A DNA stretch of 62,926 nt, counting the filler. It is 7 parts of 7 records of this genome, joined end to end, with 100 filler letters (N's around TTAATTAATTAA, not from the genome) between each part and the next. Parts side by side here need not be neighbours in the genome. Positions count along the whole stretch, not along the records: positions 8,767 to 24,902 come from SRR20825010_2684; 6 more parts are not named here. One strand, given 5' to 3'. Both the position numbers and the translations under genes were made by a program. The stretch's first letter is position 1; each line of letters begins with the position of its first letter. Of the stretch, positions 9,708 to 20,795 are shown piece by piece. Under the pieces are notes generated by a model. That model saw nothing but the letters and a program-made list of their open reading frames with translations. It was not told the DNA's origin and did not search any database.

Positions 9708-9737
9708 AAAGAGGCGCTCCATCGGGGCGCCTCTTTT
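9708..9737. terminator. Bidirectional terminator between gltA and lpxB
   Basis: AAAGAGGCGCTCC-ATC-GGGGCGCCTCTTTT. Confidence 0.85.
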
Positions 9738-9758
9738 ATATTCAGCTACGGAATCTGC

Positions 9759-10925
9759 TCAGAGCATTTCCAGAACAGCGCGAGCGGCCAGAAGGCTCGG
9801 GCGCGGGCCACCAACACCCATAATGCGACGCAGATCGTCGAGATCGGCAATAGCGCGAGCGCGGGCCGGTGTGTCAGACAGGAGCGGCAGAAGCGCCTGC
9901 ACAAGATTTGGCGAAGTGGCATCAAGCTGCAGGAACTCACGCACAGATGGCCGGTCGAGTATGAGATTGACCACCACGACGGAGGGTACTTTCAACAAGC
10001 GCGACACTACAAATGCGGCGGGAAGGTCGATCTTGTAGGCAATGACCATAGGCACGCGGGCAAGCCCAAGTTCAAGCGACACTGTGCCCGAAGCGGCAAG
10101 CGCTGCAGTGGCCGCGTCGAAAGCTGCACGTTTATCAGCTTCGCCTTCAACGAGTATGACGGGTACTGACCAAGATTTAACTGCTTCTTCAACAAAGGCC
10201 CGCACATGCGGCACAGTGGGCAGGACAAAGGTCAGACCCGGCATTTCTTTTGCCAATTGGGCGGCTGTCTCGCCAAAAAGCGAGACAAGGCGTTTTACCT
10301 CATTGGTTCGGCTGCCCGGCAGGACCAGCAAGACGGGTGCATCGTCGGCCAGATTGTGAAGGCGCCGAAAACGTGCGCCCTCGCCCTCTGCTGGAATGCG
10401 CTCGATGGCCGGATGACCGACATAGACACAATCGAGATGTGCTTTGGCCTTGAAGAAATCTGGCTCGAAAGGCAGCAGCGCCAGTACACGATCAATATAT
10501 TTCGCCATGGCCTTGGCGCGACCCTGACGCCATGCCCAGACACTGGGCGAGACATAATTTGCGATACGAATATGAGGTGCGCGTTTGCGCACACGCTTGG
10601 CAACCATATGCGTGAAATCAGGGCTATCAATGATAACCATGACGTCCGGATTTTCGCGGATTGCAAAATCGGCCGTCTCACGCATGCGGCGCAGGATGAG
10701 CGGCAAACGCGGTATGACCTCGCGCGGCCCCATGACAGATGTATCTGACATGGGGAAGACGGATGCGAGGCCATGGCCGATCATGTTCGGCCCGCCTGAA
10801 CCGGTGATGCGGACCTTGCCGCCCGTCTCGCTGATAAGGGCTTCCATCAACTCGCCCCCCAACGCGTCTCCCGAAGGCTCTCCCGCAACCAGCATAATGT
10901 GAGGAATGCGTTCGTCCGCGCTCAT
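9759..10925 (-). CDS. lpxB: Lipid-A-disaccharide synthase
   Basis: 'VAGEPSGD', 'IDSPDF', 'YVSPSVWAWR', 'LPGSR', 'ASGTVSLE'. Confidence 0.97.
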   Translation of the reverse strand: MSADERIPHIMLVAGEPSGDALGGELMEALISETGGKVRITGSGGPNMIGHGLASVFPMSDTSVMGPREVIPRLPLILRRMRETADFAIRENPDVMVIIDSPDFTHMVAKRVRKRAPHIRIANYVSPSVWAWRQGRAKAMAKYIDRVLALLPFEPDFFKAKAHLDCVYVGHPAIERIPAEGEGARFRRLHNLADDAPVLLVLPGSRTNEVKRLVSLFGETAAQLAKEMPGLTFVLPTVPHVRAFVEEAVKSWSVPVILVEGEADKRAAFDAATAALAASGTVSLELGLARVPMVIAYKIDLPAAFVVSRLLKVPSVVVVNLILDRPSVREFLQLDATSPNLVQALLPLLSDTPARARAIADLDDLRRIMGVGGPRPSLLAARAVLEML

Positions 10926-11788
10926 GGCAGCACACCTTCCAGACGCGAGGGAGGAAAGCAGAGAACGAACAAGCCGAGCTTGTCTGCCACAGAAGCAATC
11001 TCGTCAGGGTCGGCAATGATAGCGCCCCCTGCTTCAACTGCGATGCCTGCAAGACCTGCTGCGGCGGCGCGCTCCACCGTACGGTTGCCGATGGTCGGCA
11101 GATCGACACGCCGGTCTTGCGCAGGTTTTGGCAGCTTGACCAGTACCCCTGAGCGGCCGGAGTTTGCCTCGGGATGGTCGGCTGCCACACGAAAGAGCAT
11201 GGCGTCTGTACCTTTGACATCTTCCAGCGCGATGATTTGCCCGGCGCGGGCGACAGCGCCCTGCCCTATATCGCGCGCGCCTATATCAAGGGCGGCTCGG
11301 ATGGCCAGATCTATGTCGGCTTGATGGATATCATCGGGGGCTGTTTCAGTGAGCAAGCCTTCTTGTGCCACCAGAGATGTTAGGATGGTTTCGGCTGCGA
11401 CAACCCTAAGCCCGTTGCGCTCCAGAAACTCCACAACACCGCGCAGCAATGCATCGTCGCCCACTTTAAGGCGCTTGATGAAATCGGGAAGGAGTAGAAG
11501 ACCCTGAAAATCTGGAACGATATCACGCAGACGAGGCCTGTTCATCGGACCGATGAACACAATGTCCTCGCACCCGGCCTCCCTGAACAGTCGCGCAAAT
11601 TTGCCCATTGCGCCTACGCGCACCCAACCATGTGGCCATGCCTCGATGGATGGACCAGCGGCCCCTTCAATGCCGACAATGAAAACTTCACGACCTTGCG
11701 CACGTGCAGCTTCCGCCAGACGAAGCGGCAATGGGCCACCACCTGCTGCAATCCCGAGCTTGCTCTTGCGTGTCGCTTGTGCGGTCAT
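10922..11788 (-). CDS. lpxI: UDP-2,3-diacylglucosamine diphosphatase LpxI
   Basis: 'GIAAGGGPLP', 'DIGQGAV', 'EDVKGTDAML', 'KPAQDRRVDLPTIG'; sits between lpxA and lpxB. Confidence 0.95.
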   Translation of the reverse strand: MTAQATRKSKLGIAAGGGPLPLRLAEAARAQGREVFIVGIEGAAGPSIEAWPHGWVRVGAMGKFARLFREAGCEDIVFIGPMNRPRLRDIVPDFQGLLLLPDFIKRLKVGDDALLRGVVEFLERNGLRVVAAETILTSLVAQEGLLTETAPDDIHQADIDLAIRAALDIGARDIGQGAVARAGQIIALEDVKGTDAMLFRVAADHPEANSGRSGVLVKLPKPAQDRRVDLPTIGNRTVERAAAAGLAGIAVEAGGAIIADPDEIASVADKLGLFVLCFPPSRLEGVLP

Positions 11789-11827
11789 CGGCCTATCGGG
11801 ATCATGAGTATGGCTGGACGCTACTGA

Positions 11828-12616
11828 TCAGCGCGACGGCATACAGAGAGGACGTTCACTGCCGGACTGAATGAAATTCACAATCTCCATCGCATCGGCA
11901 TTGGACGCATGTTTGACAGACGCCGCCGCCACACGTTCGCGCAGGTTGCCCTCACCGTTGAATATGTCTGCATAGGCCGCGCGCAGCCCGCTGATGCGTT
12001 CGCGCGAAAACTGATGACGCTTCAAGCCAACGAGATTAAGGCCAAGCAGGCTGGCGCGGTTGCCGACAACCAGACCGAAGGGAATGATGTCACCTTCCAC
12101 CGCGCTGGCGCCGCCGATAAATGCATTGCGTCCCACGCGGGCAAACTGATGAATGGCCGCACCGCCACCGAAAATGACGTGATCGCCGATCTGGCAATGG
12201 CCAGCCAGCAATGTGGCGCTGGAGATGATAACGCCATCGCCCAGAATGCAGTCATGGCCGATATGGACACTGGAGAGCGCCACGCATTTGTCACCGACCT
12301 TGGTGAGATGACCGCCGCCTTCCGTGCCCGTGTTCATGGTCACATATTCGCGGATCATGGCATCGGCACCAATTTCCAAACGGCTATCCTCGCCGTGGAA
12401 TTTCAGGTCCTGCGGCTGTTGGCCCAACGAAGCGAAGGGAAAAATCTTTGCGCGGGGGCCAATGGTCGTGTGGCCTTCGATGACCACGTGGCTCAGCAAT
12501 TCGCAATCGTCGCCCAGTGTAACATCGGGGCCGATAATGCTGTAGGGACCGACCTTGACGTTTGCCCCGAGCTGAGCTTTCGGATCGACGATCGCGCTGG
12601 GGTGTATTTGTGTCAT
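11828..12616 (-). CDS. lpxA: UDP-N-acetylglucosamine acyltransferase
   Basis: 'IHPSAIV', hexapeptide repeats, 'PQDLKF', 'HIGHDC'. Confidence 0.97.
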   Translation of the reverse strand: MTQIHPSAIVDPKAQLGANVKVGPYSIIGPDVTLGDDCELLSHVVIEGHTTIGPRAKIFPFASLGQQPQDLKFHGEDSRLEIGADAMIREYVTMNTGTEGGGHLTKVGDKCVALSSVHIGHDCILGDGVIISSATLLAGHCQIGDHVIFGGGAAIHQFARVGRNAFIGGASAVEGDIIPFGLVVGNRASLLGLNLVGLKRHQFSRERISGLRAAYADIFNGEGNLRERVAAASVKHASNADAMEIVNFIQSGSERPLCMPSR

Positions 12617-13095
12617 TAAGCTTTGGCCTGATCGATAATCATTGCAGCAAAATCGGCTTCGGCGACTACGGCACCGTCAACCTTGGCTTCGCCTGAGAAT
12701 TTCCAGACAGGGCCGCGGTTCTGCAGCTTGTTGACATGCACATGCATGACATCGCCCGGCACAACCGGTTTGCGGAACTTGGCTTTGTCGATCGACATAA
12801 AATAGACGATCTTGTTTTCGGCACCCTGCCCCAAACCGTTCAGCACAAGCGCGCCTGCGGTCTGCGCCATAGCCTCGACGATCAACACGCCGGGCATGAC
12901 AGGCATGCCGGGGAAGTGACCCTGAAAATGTGGTTCGTTGAACGTCACGTTCTTAATGCCGATCGCACTTTCAGTGCCACGCATTTCCTTGATCCCGTCG
13001 ATCATCAACAGGGGATAGCGATGGGGCAAAAGTTCCATCACGCGTTTGATATCAGCTTCGTCGAGCTTTTCTGAGGACGTATCCGTCTCGCTCAT
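12616..13095 (-). CDS. fabZ: 3-hydroxyacyl-ACP dehydratase
   Basis: 'LPHRYP', 'FQGHFP...[12 protein letters not shown]'. Confidence 0.98.
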   Translation of the reverse strand: MSETDTSSEKLDEADIKRVMELLPHRYPLLMIDGIKEMRGTESAIGIKNVTFNEPHFQGHFPGMPVMPGVLIVEAMAQTAGALVLNGLGQGAENKIVYFMSIDKAKFRKPVVPGDVMHVHVNKLQNRGPVWKFSGEAKVDGAVVAEADFAAMIIDQAKA

Positions 13096-13147
13096 GCTCT
13101 TGTCCTCGTTCGTAAGGTTATCAAATCAAAAAACAGAAAATCCGGAA

Positions 13148-14203
13148 TTAGTCTTTTGTATCGCTTATCCGCCGTCGCCCCAAATTGCGAATAGCGGCCA
13201 GCTCACGTGCCCATTCTTTTACAGGTCGCGCAGGTGCACCGCCATAGCGTTGACCTGCGGGTACATCATGGGTGACGCCGCTGCGTGCGGCAAGCTGTGC
13301 ACCCGAATTGATTGTAAGATGGCCCGCAACACCTGCCTGAGCGGCCAGCACAACGAAATCGCCCAAATGCGCGCTGCCAGCAATGCCCGCCTGCGAAACA
13401 ATGATGCAATGACGCCCGATCTGCACATTGTGCCCGATCTGAACAAGATTATCGATCTTGGTGCCTTCGCCCACCACAGTGTCGGGCCCTGCGCCGCGAT
13501 CAATGGTGGTGTTGGAGCCTATCTCGACGTGATCCTGAATAATGACCCGGCCCAGCTGCGGCACTTTTTCATGATGCGGCAGGCCCATGGCAAAACCGAA
13601 ACCATCCTGCCCGATGCAGACGCCGGGATGCAGGATGACATGATCACCAATATGGGCATGGCTGATGGCCACATTGGGACCGATGAAACAGTTGCGACCG
13701 ATCGTGCAACCACGGGCAACTGAAACATTGCTGCCGATGACAGTACCGTCACCGATTTCAGTGTTGTCGCCGATTACCGCACCGGCTTCGATGGTGACAT
13801 TCTGACCGATCTTGGCACCAGCGTGGACTGTCGCTCGCTCATGGATGCCACCGGCAGTATCAAATGTCGGCGCGCCGGTTGCCTCCTCGGGATAGAACAT
13901 CTGACTGGCAAGCGCGTAGGCCCGATAGGGATCTTTGGCGACAAGCAATGCCATACCCTTGGGCGCACGATCTGCGTTGCGAGCATGCGTGAGGCAAGCG
14001 CCTGCCGACGAGGCTTCAAAGGCAGTAATGTATTTTGGATTATCGAGAAAACTCAGATCATCCGCACCCGCACTATCAAGCGGGGCAATGTCATGGACAA
14101 GAAAAGCGGCATCTGCTCCCTCACCCAATTCGGCACCCACGCGCTGGGCAATTTCGCCCAGCGCGAAGGGACCTTTATTCGAGAAAAAACGAGGATCAGC
14201 CAT
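13148..14203 (-). CDS. lpxD: UDP-3-O-(3-hydroxyacyl)glucosamine N-acyltransferase
   Basis: 'MADPRFF', 'GQDGFGF', 'TTIDRG', '[12 protein letters not shown]'. Confidence 0.97.
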   Translation of the reverse strand: MADPRFFSNKGPFALGEIAQRVGAELGEGADAAFLVHDIAPLDSAGADDLSFLDNPKYITAFEASSAGACLTHARNADRAPKGMALLVAKDPYRAYALASQMFYPEEATGAPTFDTAGGIHERATVHAGAKIGQNVTIEAGAVIGDNTEIGDGTVIGSNVSVARGCTIGRNCFIGPNVAISHAHIGDHVILHPGVCIGQDGFGFAMGLPHHEKVPQLGRVIIQDHVEIGSNTTIDRGAGPDTVVGEGTKIDNLVQIGHNVQIGRHCIIVSQAGIAGSAHLGDFVVLAAQAGVAGHLTINSGAQLAARSGVTHDVPAGQRYGGAPARPVKEWARELAAIRNLGRRRISDTKD

Positions 14204-14252
14204 TGCTGTTATTGCGCAGCAGGCCAGCTAAACCTGTCCGCTCTTCCTTTTG

Positions 14253-14939
14253 TTATTTCGGAGCTGCGGGCGCCACGGGCTTCACTTCGACCGTTGTCAA
14301 TTTGGCGTCGAGTTCCTTCACGATTTCGGCGGTCACATCCAGGTCCACCCCACCGGCTACAACATAGGACTGCTCCAGCATGATGTTGGCACCATGGGCT
14401 TCCATGACCTTTGTGAAGATCGGACGCACAGCGGCCTCTACTTTGGCCCGGGCAATGTTAGTACCGTTCTGAAGTGCCATGCCCTTCTGCTGGAAATTAC
14501 GCTGAAGGTCCTGTTCCTTTTTCTGGAAGGCCAAGCCTTTGGCTTCATAGGCCTTGCGGGTGTCGGCTTCCTTCTTCTGGAAGGCCTGAACCTTTTTGGC
14601 AAAATCTTCTTCTTTCAGAAGACCCCGCTGTTCGCCAAGCTTCTTGGCCTCTGCCTGAAGATCGCGTTCCAGCTTGTCGCCTTCGGCGCGGAGCTTTTTG
14701 GCTTCCGATTCCAGACCCGCCTGAGCTTTGTCTCCATCTTCACGCAGCTTTTTTGTGAGCTCCTGAACCTGCGAACGCATGCTCTGGCCCACTTTGGACT
14801 GAGCGAACATCTGTTCGGAATTCACGATAACGATGGTCGCCGGCGTGCCTGCCGAGGCAGCCGAAACGGCAGCAACCGACATATATGATGCGACTGCTGC
14901 TCCGGCCAACACGCGCACAACGAGACGATGCAACTTCAT
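14253..14939 (-). CDS. skp: OmpH/Skp periplasmic chaperone with lengthened coiled-coil arms
   Basis: Lies between bamA and lpxD; signal peptide, 'IVIVN...SKVG', long helical region, C-terminal 'DVTAEIVKELD'. The start at ATG 14939 is inferred. Confidence 0.9.
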   Translation of the reverse strand: MKLHRLVVRVLAGAAVASYMSVAAVSAASAGTPATIVIVNSEQMFAQSKVGQSMRSQVQELTKKLREDGDKAQAGLESEAKKLRAEGDKLERDLQAEAKKLGEQRGLLKEEDFAKKVQAFQKKEADTRKAYEAKGLAFQKKEQDLQRNFQQKGMALQNGTNIARAKVEAAVRPIFTKVMEAHGANIMLEQSYVVAGGVDLDVTAEIVKELDAKLTTVEVKPVAPAAPK

Positions 14940-14995
14940 GGTAGTGGTATCCCCTTTTACTCTCTGAACAGGCGGTCTCTTTTGAGCCGTCAATA

Positions 14996-17332
14996 TTAGA
15001 AGGTTGTACCCGCGCTGAAACGGAAGGCTTCTTTCTGGTCGTAATCTTCTTCAACCAGGACTTTCGAGAAGTCGAGGCGGACAGGACCGAAAGGCGATTT
15101 CCAGTTCACACTGATGCCCGTTGAGACACGCGGCGCAAGGTCATCCTTGATGGTCGTGACACCGGCTTTGTCCGATACTTTACCAACAAGGCCGTAGTCG
15201 AGGAAGAAACTGGTCGAAATGCCCAAAGCTTCAGGAATGCCATTGGGGAAAGACATCTCGGATGTACCGAAAATATAGGTTTCGGCACCCACGGCGTCAT
15301 CCGTCTGAATATCGCGCGGACCGATACCGCCCGACTTGAAGCCACGGAAATCCGAACCGCCCTTGAAGAAACGGTCATTCAGGCGGACATCTTCACCGAT
15401 GCCTTTAATCGTGCCCATGTCGAGGCGCTGGGTGAAGACAAAGTCTTCGGCCACTTCGTAATAGCCATGCATGAGCAATTCGGTGGAGAGGTATTTCACA
15501 GTGCCACCGAGACCGGCAAAGTCCTGACTAAACAGAATGTCGAAGCCGCCTGTGGGATTAACCGGATCGTTTCTGCGGTCGAGGTAATAATCGTAACCGA
15601 CGATCGAACGCGTTTCCTGGCCTTCGGCGGCACGAACGGCAGCGGAGGCTGTCGTGGCGACGTTGAGAATTTCCTCACGGCGCAACTGGTAACGACCGAG
15701 GAAGCGGGCGTCTTCGGAAAGCGGGAAGCCGAAGCGCAGACCAAAACCTGTGGTTCGCGCATCGAACTGGGCCTGATCCTGATAGTCGGTCTCGGTGCCG
15801 AAAATATCGATACCGCCGACGAGATCACGATCAAGGAAATAAGGATCGGTATAGGAGAACTGGATGAGCTGCTGACGCTTGGACAGCGACACGCTGGCAC
15901 CCACCTGCAAACCACGTCCGAGGAAGTTGCGCTCGTTCAGCGACACACCAAGAATGGCACTGTCGACAGACGAAAAGCCGAAGCTGAGAGAGAGCGAACC
16001 TGTGGACTGCTCCTGCACCGCCACATTGATGACTGTCAGGTCGTCACGGCTGCCCGGATCCTGCGAGACGTCGACCTTGCTGAAATATTGCAGGCCACGA
16101 ATGTTTTTCTCGGACTTGTCTAGCAACACCTTGTTGAAAGCGTCACCTTCGACAAGCTGCATCTTGCGACGGATCACGCGATCAAGTGTACGCGAGTTAC
16201 CCGTGATATTGATGCGTTCGACATAAACACGCGGGCCTTCGGTGATGACATAGTTCATGTCGATCACATGCTTCTCGCGGTCACGCGATGCACGCGGACG
16301 AACTTGCGCAAAAGCATAACCTTCGGAACCGGCGGCATAAGTGAGCGAGTCCGTGCTCTTGTCGATCAGAGAGGCGTTATATCGATCTCCCTCAACCGTC
16401 GCGACCAGCTCCTTCAATGCTTCGGGATCGAGCTTATCGAGATTGGTCTTCACCGCGATTTTGCCGAATGTGTAGACCTCACCTTCTTCCACGGTAAAGG
16501 TGATGTTGAAGGCGCTGTTGTCACGTGTGAGATCAGCCACAGCGGAGACGACACGGAAGTCGGCATAGCCACGCGAGAGATAGAAGCGACGCAGCAATTC
16601 GCGGTCATATGTGAGGCGGTCGGGATCGTAGCTGTCGGAAGAGGACAGGAACTTCCACCATGCACTTTCACCGGTCGAAATGGTTTCGCGCAGCTTACTG
16701 TCACTGAAAGCATTATTGCCGAGGAAGCTGATCGAATTGATCTTGGTCTTCTCGCCTTCATTGATTTCGAACACAAGGTCGACACGGTTCTGGGGAAGAC
16801 GAATGACTTTAGGTTCGACTGTCGCCGAGAAGCGACCACCGCGACGGTAAAGCTCGATCACGCGCGTCACGTCTGCCTGCACCTTGGCGCGGGTATAGAT
16901 GGTGCGCGGCTTCAACTGCACTTCGTTATTGAGGTCTTCTTCCTTGATCGCACTGTTGCCTTCATAGGCCACGCGATTGATGATTGGATTTTCAACCACG
17001 GAGACAACCAGCGTGCCCGCATCGTAGCGCATGTTGATGTCGGCAAAGAGACCTGTGCCGAACAAACGCTTGAGGCTTTCGTCGACCTTTACGCCGTCAT
17101 AGGCATCGCCTTCGCGGATGGTCATGTAGGTGAGGACGGTATCACGCTCGATGCGCTGATTGCCTTCGACCTGAATGCGGTTGACCATGAGATCGGCAGC
17201 GTGCGCTTGCGACACGAATGTCGGCACATTGCCCCCTGCGACCTGTCCAAGAAGAAGCATTCCCAAGACAAAGAACGCGGCCTTTCCGCCAAGCGTTGTC
17301 GCCCGCATCACGTACCCACCCAGTCGCATCAT
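14996..17332 (-). CDS. bamA: Outer membrane protein assembly factor BamA
   Basis: POTRA repeats ('IQVEGNQRIE', 'VERINITGNSRT'), 'FRGF' barrel motif, 'WKSPFGP', C-terminal F. The start is uncertain; the ORF extends to 17395. Confidence 0.97.
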   Translation of the reverse strand: MMRLGGYVMRATTLGGKAAFFVLGMLLLGQVAGGNVPTFVSQAHAADLMVNRIQVEGNQRIERDTVLTYMTIREGDAYDGVKVDESLKRLFGTGLFADINMRYDAGTLVVSVVENPIINRVAYEGNSAIKEEDLNNEVQLKPRTIYTRAKVQADVTRVIELYRRGGRFSATVEPKVIRLPQNRVDLVFEINEGEKTKINSISFLGNNAFSDSKLRETISTGESAWWKFLSSSDSYDPDRLTYDRELLRRFYLSRGYADFRVVSAVADLTRDNSAFNITFTVEEGEVYTFGKIAVKTNLDKLDPEALKELVATVEGDRYNASLIDKSTDSLTYAAGSEGYAFAQVRPRASRDREKHVIDMNYVITEGPRVYVERINITGNSRTLDRVIRRKMQLVEGDAFNKVLLDKSEKNIRGLQYFSKVDVSQDPGSRDDLTVINVAVQEQSTGSLSLSFGFSSVDSAILGVSLNERNFLGRGLQVGASVSLSKRQQLIQFSYTDPYFLDRDLVGGIDIFGTETDYQDQAQFDARTTGFGLRFGFPLSEDARFLGRYQLRREEILNVATTASAAVRAAEGQETRSIVGYDYYLDRRNDPVNPTGGFDILFSQDFAGLGGTVKYLSTELLMHGYYEVAEDFVFTQRLDMGTIKGIGEDVRLNDRFFKGGSDFRGFKSGGIGPRDIQTDDAVGAETYIFGTSEMSFPNGIPEALGISTSFFLDYGLVGKVSDKAGVTTIKDDLAPRVSTGISVNWKSPFGPVRLDFSKVLVEEDYDQKEAFRFSAGTTF

Positions 17333-17427
17333 CCCCACACCATCCTCAAGCGCGCCGCACCATGTCGGCGCTGCATTGTTTAGACATATCCCCAAAGGGG
17401 ATTATTCGATATCCGACCTGCACACGA

Positions 17428-18570
17428 TCAGGTGAACAGACGGACCAAATCATTCCAGGTCGCAAAGACCATCAACATCATGACCAGCGCAAGTCCTATG
17501 CGAAAGCCATATTCCTGCATTTTTTGGTCCATGGGACGGCCCCGCACCGCCTCAACCGCATAATACAGAAGGTGCCCACCATCAAGCATGGGCACCGGAA
17601 ACAGATTGAGCAAACCAATGCTCACAGACAAAACAGCTGTCAGGTTCAGCAATGCGACAAAACCAAGTGTGGCGACCTGACCTGACACTTCAGCAATGCG
17701 CAAGGGTCCGCCAAGTTGGCTTGAGTCTTCACGGCCTGCAAGCATCCCGCCGAGATATCCCATAGTACGCGAAATGATGAACCAGGTTTCTTTGGTTCCC
17801 TGCCACACGCCTTCGACAGGATTGGTGCGCACGACGCGGTAGCTGCCCTCGCCCGATTTGCGCTCAAGCCCCAGAAGACCGATGCGCTGCACATTTCCAA
17901 AACCGTCTGTGATTTCTTTCAAACGAGGTGTGGCAGTGAGCGTGATTTCTTTGCCATCGCGCTCCACACCGAAGGACATCTGGACGCCTGCGCTGAAGGA
18001 GACTTCGCGCTGCATATCCTCGAAACCACCAATGGGCGAACCGTTGATCGAGACGACCCGATCTTCCGGCATGAAGCCTGCTTCCTCGGCGGCACTGCCG
18101 GGTTGCACACGCTCGATGACGGCCAGCGCTGTACCCTGCCCGACCACTGAAAAGATGCCGGCGAAAATCACAACAGCGAGAATGAAGTTAGCAATAGGAC
18201 CGGCAGCCACAACGGCGGCGCGCTGGTGCAGCGGCTTGAAGAAAAACAGTCCCTTGCGCTCGCTTTCGGGCACTTTGGCCAGCATATCGGAATCCGGCAC
18301 ACTGGCGGCGTTGTCGTCACCAGCAAATTTCACGTAGCCGCCCAGCGGGATCCAGCTCAGCTTCCAGCGTGTACCGTGCTTGTCATACCGACCGAAGATT
18401 TCGCGGCCAAATCCGATGGAGAATGTATCGACCTTCACACCGCACCAGCGGGCAACCATAAAATGCCCAAGCTCGTGGAAGAAGACGACGACCGTCAGAA
18501 CAAACAGAAAGGGAATGATATAGCCCCCAAGGTTCGCCCCAAAGCCACCGATACTCGAAAGCACGTCCAT
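17428..18570 (-). CDS. rseP: RIP metalloprotease RseP
   Basis: 'HELGH', a PDZ domain, 'NLFPVPMLDGG'. Confidence 0.97.
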   Translation of the reverse strand: MDVLSSIGGFGANLGGYIIPFLFVLTVVVFFHELGHFMVARWCGVKVDTFSIGFGREIFGRYDKHGTRWKLSWIPLGGYVKFAGDDNAASVPDSDMLAKVPESERKGLFFFKPLHQRAAVVAAGPIANFILAVVIFAGIFSVVGQGTALAVIERVQPGSAAEEAGFMPEDRVVSINGSPIGGFEDMQREVSFSAGVQMSFGVERDGKEITLTATPRLKEITDGFGNVQRIGLLGLERKSGEGSYRVVRTNPVEGVWQGTKETWFIISRTMGYLGGMLAGREDSSQLGGPLRIAEVSGQVATLGFVALLNLTAVLSVSIGLLNLFPVPMLDGGHLLYYAVEAVRGRPMDQKMQEYGFRIGLALVMMLMVFATWNDLVRLFT

Positions 18571-18704
18571 ACGACTTAAATTCCCATCTCGCGTCGCGCG
18601 GTGCGACCTGCATAAAGCATCAAAAAATGCCCATCAGGAGGCTTAACCGCGCAATCTCCCTTGCGCCCTTCGGAAAAGGGCGATCATCCAGCCGGAAGAC
18701 TACG

Positions 18705-19928
18705 TCAGCGGCCAGCGAATTGCACCAATTCCTCAGCGCTTAGCCGCGCAATTCGGTCGATTTCGTAAATTTCATCAAGGTCGGAGGGCTCAGTATTGTC
18801 TGCCAGCCCCTGTTCCAGCACTTTTTCGACCGTTTTTGCAATATCGAGGAAGCCGATATGCCCGCCAAGGAAGGCCGCAACGGCGATTTCATTGGCTGCA
18901 TTCAGGATGGTGGGCATCATGCCGCCTGCCTTCAGCGCCTCGCGCGCCAGACGAAGGGCGGGAAAACGCACGGGATCCGGCTCAGCAAAGGTCAAAGCGC
19001 CGATTTCGGCCAGATTGAGCCTCGCACAGGGGGTCGCCATGCGTTCGGGCCAGGCCAGCGCATAGGAAATGGGGGTGCGCATGTCCGGCGCGCCGAGCTG
19101 GGCCAGCACGGAGCCGTCCATATAGGCAACCATGGAATGGATGATGGATTCGGGATGGATGACGATATCCAGCCGCTCCTCACCCACAGGAAAGAGATAA
19201 TGGGCTTCGATCAGCTCAAGTCCCTTGTTCATCAGGGTGGCGCTATCGACCGAGATCTTGGCACCCATGTCCCATTGAGGGTGCGCCACCGCCTGAGCAG
19301 GCGTGGCGCGCGCCATCTCGTCCAAGGTGGCCGTGCGGAACGGGCCGCCCGAGGCTGTGAGGATGATTTTGTCCACGGCATGGAGGCGTTCGGTTTCGAG
19401 CACCTGAAAAATTGCGTTGTGTTCGCTGTCCACCGGCAAAAGAGTGGCACCGGATTTGGCGACCTCGGCCAGAAAGAGCGGGCCGGCCGAGACGAGACAT
19501 TCTTTGTTAGCCAGCGCGACCGAGGCCCCGCGACGCACCGCGGCCAGTGTGGGCGCAAGACCGGCTGTGCCCACTATGCCGGCCATGACCCAATCGGCGG
19601 GCCGAAGCGCGGCCTCGATGACGGCATTGCGACCGGCAGCAACTTCGATGCCCGTGCCTTCCAGTCCGGCTTTCAGATCATCATAAAGCAGCATGTCGCC
19701 GATCACGGCGAATTGGGGCCGCAAGGCGCGGGCCTGCTCGATCAGACGAGCCACATTCTTATGCGCGGTGATGGCAACAAGATCGAAGCGTTCCGGCTCG
19801 CGCGCAATCAGATCAAGGGTGGAAACGCCAATGGAGCCGGTGGAACCGAGAACGGAGACAGTGCGCCGTGCCTGCGCGGCGCGCGGTACAGAAGTGGCTG
19901 CCTCTGAGATATTTGCAGTTACGGCCAA
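18705..19928 (-). CDS. dxr: 1-deoxy-D-xylulose-5-phosphate reductoisomerase
   Basis: 'LGSTGSIG', 'LANKE', '[11 protein letters not shown]', '[11 protein letters not shown]'. The TTG start overlaps the cdsA stop. Confidence 0.98.
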   Translation of the reverse strand: MAVTANISEAATSVPRAAQARRTVSVLGSTGSIGVSTLDLIAREPERFDLVAITAHKNVARLIEQARALRPQFAVIGDMLLYDDLKAGLEGTGIEVAAGRNAVIEAALRPADWVMAGIVGTAGLAPTLAAVRRGASVALANKECLVSAGPLFLAEVAKSGATLLPVDSEHNAIFQVLETERLHAVDKIILTASGGPFRTATLDEMARATPAQAVAHPQWDMGAKISVDSATLMNKGLELIEAHYLFPVGEERLDIVIHPESIIHSMVAYMDGSVLAQLGAPDMRTPISYALAWPERMATPCARLNLAEIGALTFAEPDPVRFPALRLAREALKAGGMMPTILNAANEIAVAAFLGGHIGFLDIAKTVEKVLEQGLADNTEPSDLDEIYEIDRIARLSAEELVQFAGR

Positions 19929-20767
19929 ATCAGCACTCCTGCGGCAGGGCTGCTGCTCAGATGGAGGATTGCGATGACACCGGCTGCAATAGCCGCCGTG
20001 ACCAGTCCATCCACACGATCCAGAATACCACCGTGACCGGGAATGAGCTTGCCGGAATCCTTCACTCCTGCCCGACGCTTCAATGCGCTTTCCAGAATGT
20101 CACCGCCCTGCGCGACCACAGCCAGCAAGGCGCTGACCAGACCGAGCAGAACTGGCGAACCTAGATCGAACCAGATGGCTGTGACCACACCGACAATAGC
20201 TGCACCAACCATGCCGCCGATAAGCCCGGCCCATGTCTTGTTGGGCGACAGGCTGGGAGCAAGCTTTGGCCCGCCAAATCCGCGCCCTGCAAAATAGGCG
20301 AATGTGTCGGTGGCCCAGACGGTGAAGAGAAGCCAGAAGATGACCAGACGGCCGAGTTCCGGGTCCATACGCAGCCAGACAAGCGAAACCGCTGGCAGGA
20401 CAATATAAGGATAGGCAAAGGCGAGAGACGGGATAATAGCGCTGCTTCCGGTGAAACCCGCGATCATCATGCCGAAGGTCAGGCAGACCAGCGCGATGAT
20501 GAGCGCCACGAATGGTCCGCCCAATGCCGAGAAAGCCACAACACCAAAGGCCGTGCTGGCCAAAAGCATGCGCTGGGTCGGTGATAAGCCCGGTATGAGG
20601 TTGGTCAGCTCGAACGACATTGCGATGGATGCCAGCGCAATCAGAATTGCGAATGGCCAGCTACCAAACCAGACAACACCCAGCACGACCGGAGCCAGAA
20701 CAAGGGCCGAAAGGACGCGGGTGCGAAGTTCGGCGGATTTTCCGGCAGAGGTCGGGGTGTTAGTCAT
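19919..20767 (-). CDS. cdsA: Phosphatidate cytidylyltransferase
   Basis: '[11 protein letters not shown]', 'SPNKTWAG', '[19 protein letters not shown]'. Confidence 0.97.
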   Translation of the reverse strand: MTNTPTSAGKSAELRTRVLSALVLAPVVLGVVWFGSWPFAILIALASIAMSFELTNLIPGLSPTQRMLLASTAFGVVAFSALGGPFVALIIALVCLTFGMMIAGFTGSSAIIPSLAFAYPYIVLPAVSLVWLRMDPELGRLVIFWLLFTVWATDTFAYFAGRGFGGPKLAPSLSPNKTWAGLIGGMVGAAIVGVVTAIWFDLGSPVLLGLVSALLAVVAQGGDILESALKRRAGVKDSGKLIPGHGGILDRVDGLVTAAIAAGVIAILHLSSSPAAGVLIWP

Positions 20768-20795
20768 ATTTGATGCTGCTTTTTGTCTTTTATAA

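Noticed and set aside
16268-19907. Long antisense ORFs over bamA and dxr (371 aa and 349 aa)
   Set aside because: Mirror-frame artefacts of conserved housekeeping genes.
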